Source of the DNA: a virus
Taxonomy: Duplodnaviria > Caudoviricetes
Reading direction: 5' to 3' (one strand)
Virus record (IMG/VR): IMGVR_UViG_3300009419_000837
Location: 1-59,781 of that record
Length of the DNA stretch: 59,781 nt
This document shows, one piece after another, positions 58,806 to 59,781 of the stretch. The notes beneath the pieces are model-generated. The model saw only the letters and a program-made list of their open reading frames with translations. It did no database searches and was not told the origin of the DNA. Both the position numbers and the translations under genes were made by a program. The number at the start of each line of letters is the position of its first letter. The first letter of the stretch is position 1.

Positions 58806-59771
58806 TTAGGAAATTGTCAGCGCTACTTGCTCTTCGATCCATTTGTAAGTTTTAGTAAGACCTGCTTTGAGGTCCTCATCTACCGACCAACCCATGACTG
58901 ACTTAAACAAAGTGTTGTCTGATGTGCGTGCATGTACACCTATAGGACCGTCGATGTGCTTCTTTGTTAGTTGCTTTCCAGCAATCTCTGAAACGATGTC
59001 TACTAACTCATTGATAGACACATGCTTTTCAGATCCGATGTTGATTGGCTCGAAGAACTTTGCCTCTCTGTAGAACTCCACAGTTGCACGGATGCACTCA
59101 TCTATATACAAGAAAGAGCGGTGCTGGTTGCCGTCTCCCCAAATCTCAATCTCATCTGTAGCCTTTGCTACTTTACGGCAGATAGCCGCTGGAGCCTTTT
59201 CCTTACCGCCGTCCCATGTGCCGTAAGGTCCAAATACGTTGTGGTATCTAGCGATCTTGTTCTTCATCCCGTGGTTCTTGTTGTAGGCAGTGTAGAGGCG
59301 CTCGCTGAATAGCTTCTCCCAGCCGTACTCAGTATCTGGAGATGCTGGGTAAACGGTCTCTTCTTTGCAGTTAATACTGGAAGGATCCATCTGGTTGCAC
59401 TCTGGGTACACGCAGGCAGTAGAGGAGAAGAACACGCTCTTAACGCCAATATCCTGAGCCCTCTTTAGAACGTTTACATTTATAAGAATTGAGTTGCCCA
59501 TGACATCTGCGTCATTATCTCCAGTGTTGATGTAGCCAGCGCCACCCATATCAGCAGCTAGTTGGTACACCTCATCGAACGCCTGATCTAAAGTAGCAGC
59601 GACTACATTGACGTCCCGTAGGTCTCCAATTACAAAGTCATCTGCAAAGGTATCCCAATGCTCTGGGTGCTTTAAGTCCACGCCACGAACCCACATGCCG
59701 TCCTCTTTAAGGCGCTTTACTAAATGGCTTCCAATGAAGCCGCCTGCTCCTAGAACTAATGCTTTTCTCAT
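58806..59771 (-). CDS. GDP-mannose 3,5-epimerase-like extended SDR
   Basis: GAGGFIG, LAADMGGAGYI, SSTACVYP, YGWEK, GTWDGGKEKAPAAICRK are characteristic of GME. Confidence 0.9.
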   Translation of the reverse strand: MRKALVLGAGGFIGSHLVKRLKEDGMWVRGVDLKHPEHWDTFADDFVIGDLRDVNVVAATLDQAFDEVYQLAADMGGAGYINTGDNDADVMGNSILINVNVLKRAQDIGVKSVFFSSTACVYPECNQMDPSSINCKEETVYPASPDTEYGWEKLFSERLYTAYNKNHGMKNKIARYHNVFGPYGTWDGGKEKAPAAICRKVAKATDEIEIWGDGNQHRSFLYIDECIRATVEFYREAKFFEPINIGSEKHVSINELVDIVSEIAGKQLTKKHIDGPIGVHARTSDNTLFKSVMGWSVDEDLKAGLTKTYKWIEEQVALTIS

Positions 59772-59781
59772 ATTGATATAC

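Overview
A 59.8-kb segment of a tailed dsDNA phage with a contractile (myovirus-type) tail. The host is most likely an actinobacterium (WhiB, an actinophage-type RHH gene, leaderless TANNNT-N6/7-ATG starts and a PafBC/RecA-NDp-type promoter). Almost all genes are on the minus strand. In reading order (right to left) the window holds: a GDP-mannose 3,5-epimerase; three paralogous genes sharing a novel N-terminal domain, two of them with PASTA domains, converging on a plus-strand lytic transglycosylase; holin-like and small genes; terminase, portal, scaffold and major capsid; collagen-like (Gly-X-Thr) fibre genes interleaved with a 2OG-Fe(II) hydroxylase, two paralogous unknown genes and a GT2-TPR glycosyltransferase; sheath, tube, chaperone, tape measure with M23 and baseplate; and a replication/recombination block (initiator, DnaC-like, DnaB, primase, dNMP kinase, SNF2, SSB, PolA, RecA, resolvases, WhiB, Cas4-like, SpoVS). 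The most notable leads are the PASTA paralog cluster with the transglycosylase, a putative collagen hydroxylation/glycosylation system, an exact DNA-damage (PafBC-type) promoter consensus ahead of the recombination operon, a probable +1 frameshift (UUU_CGA) in the tail chaperone, a candidate anti-SD small RNA, a beta-module inserted into several unrelated proteins, and three reading-frame lesions. All family calls come from motif recognition by eye; no searches were run.
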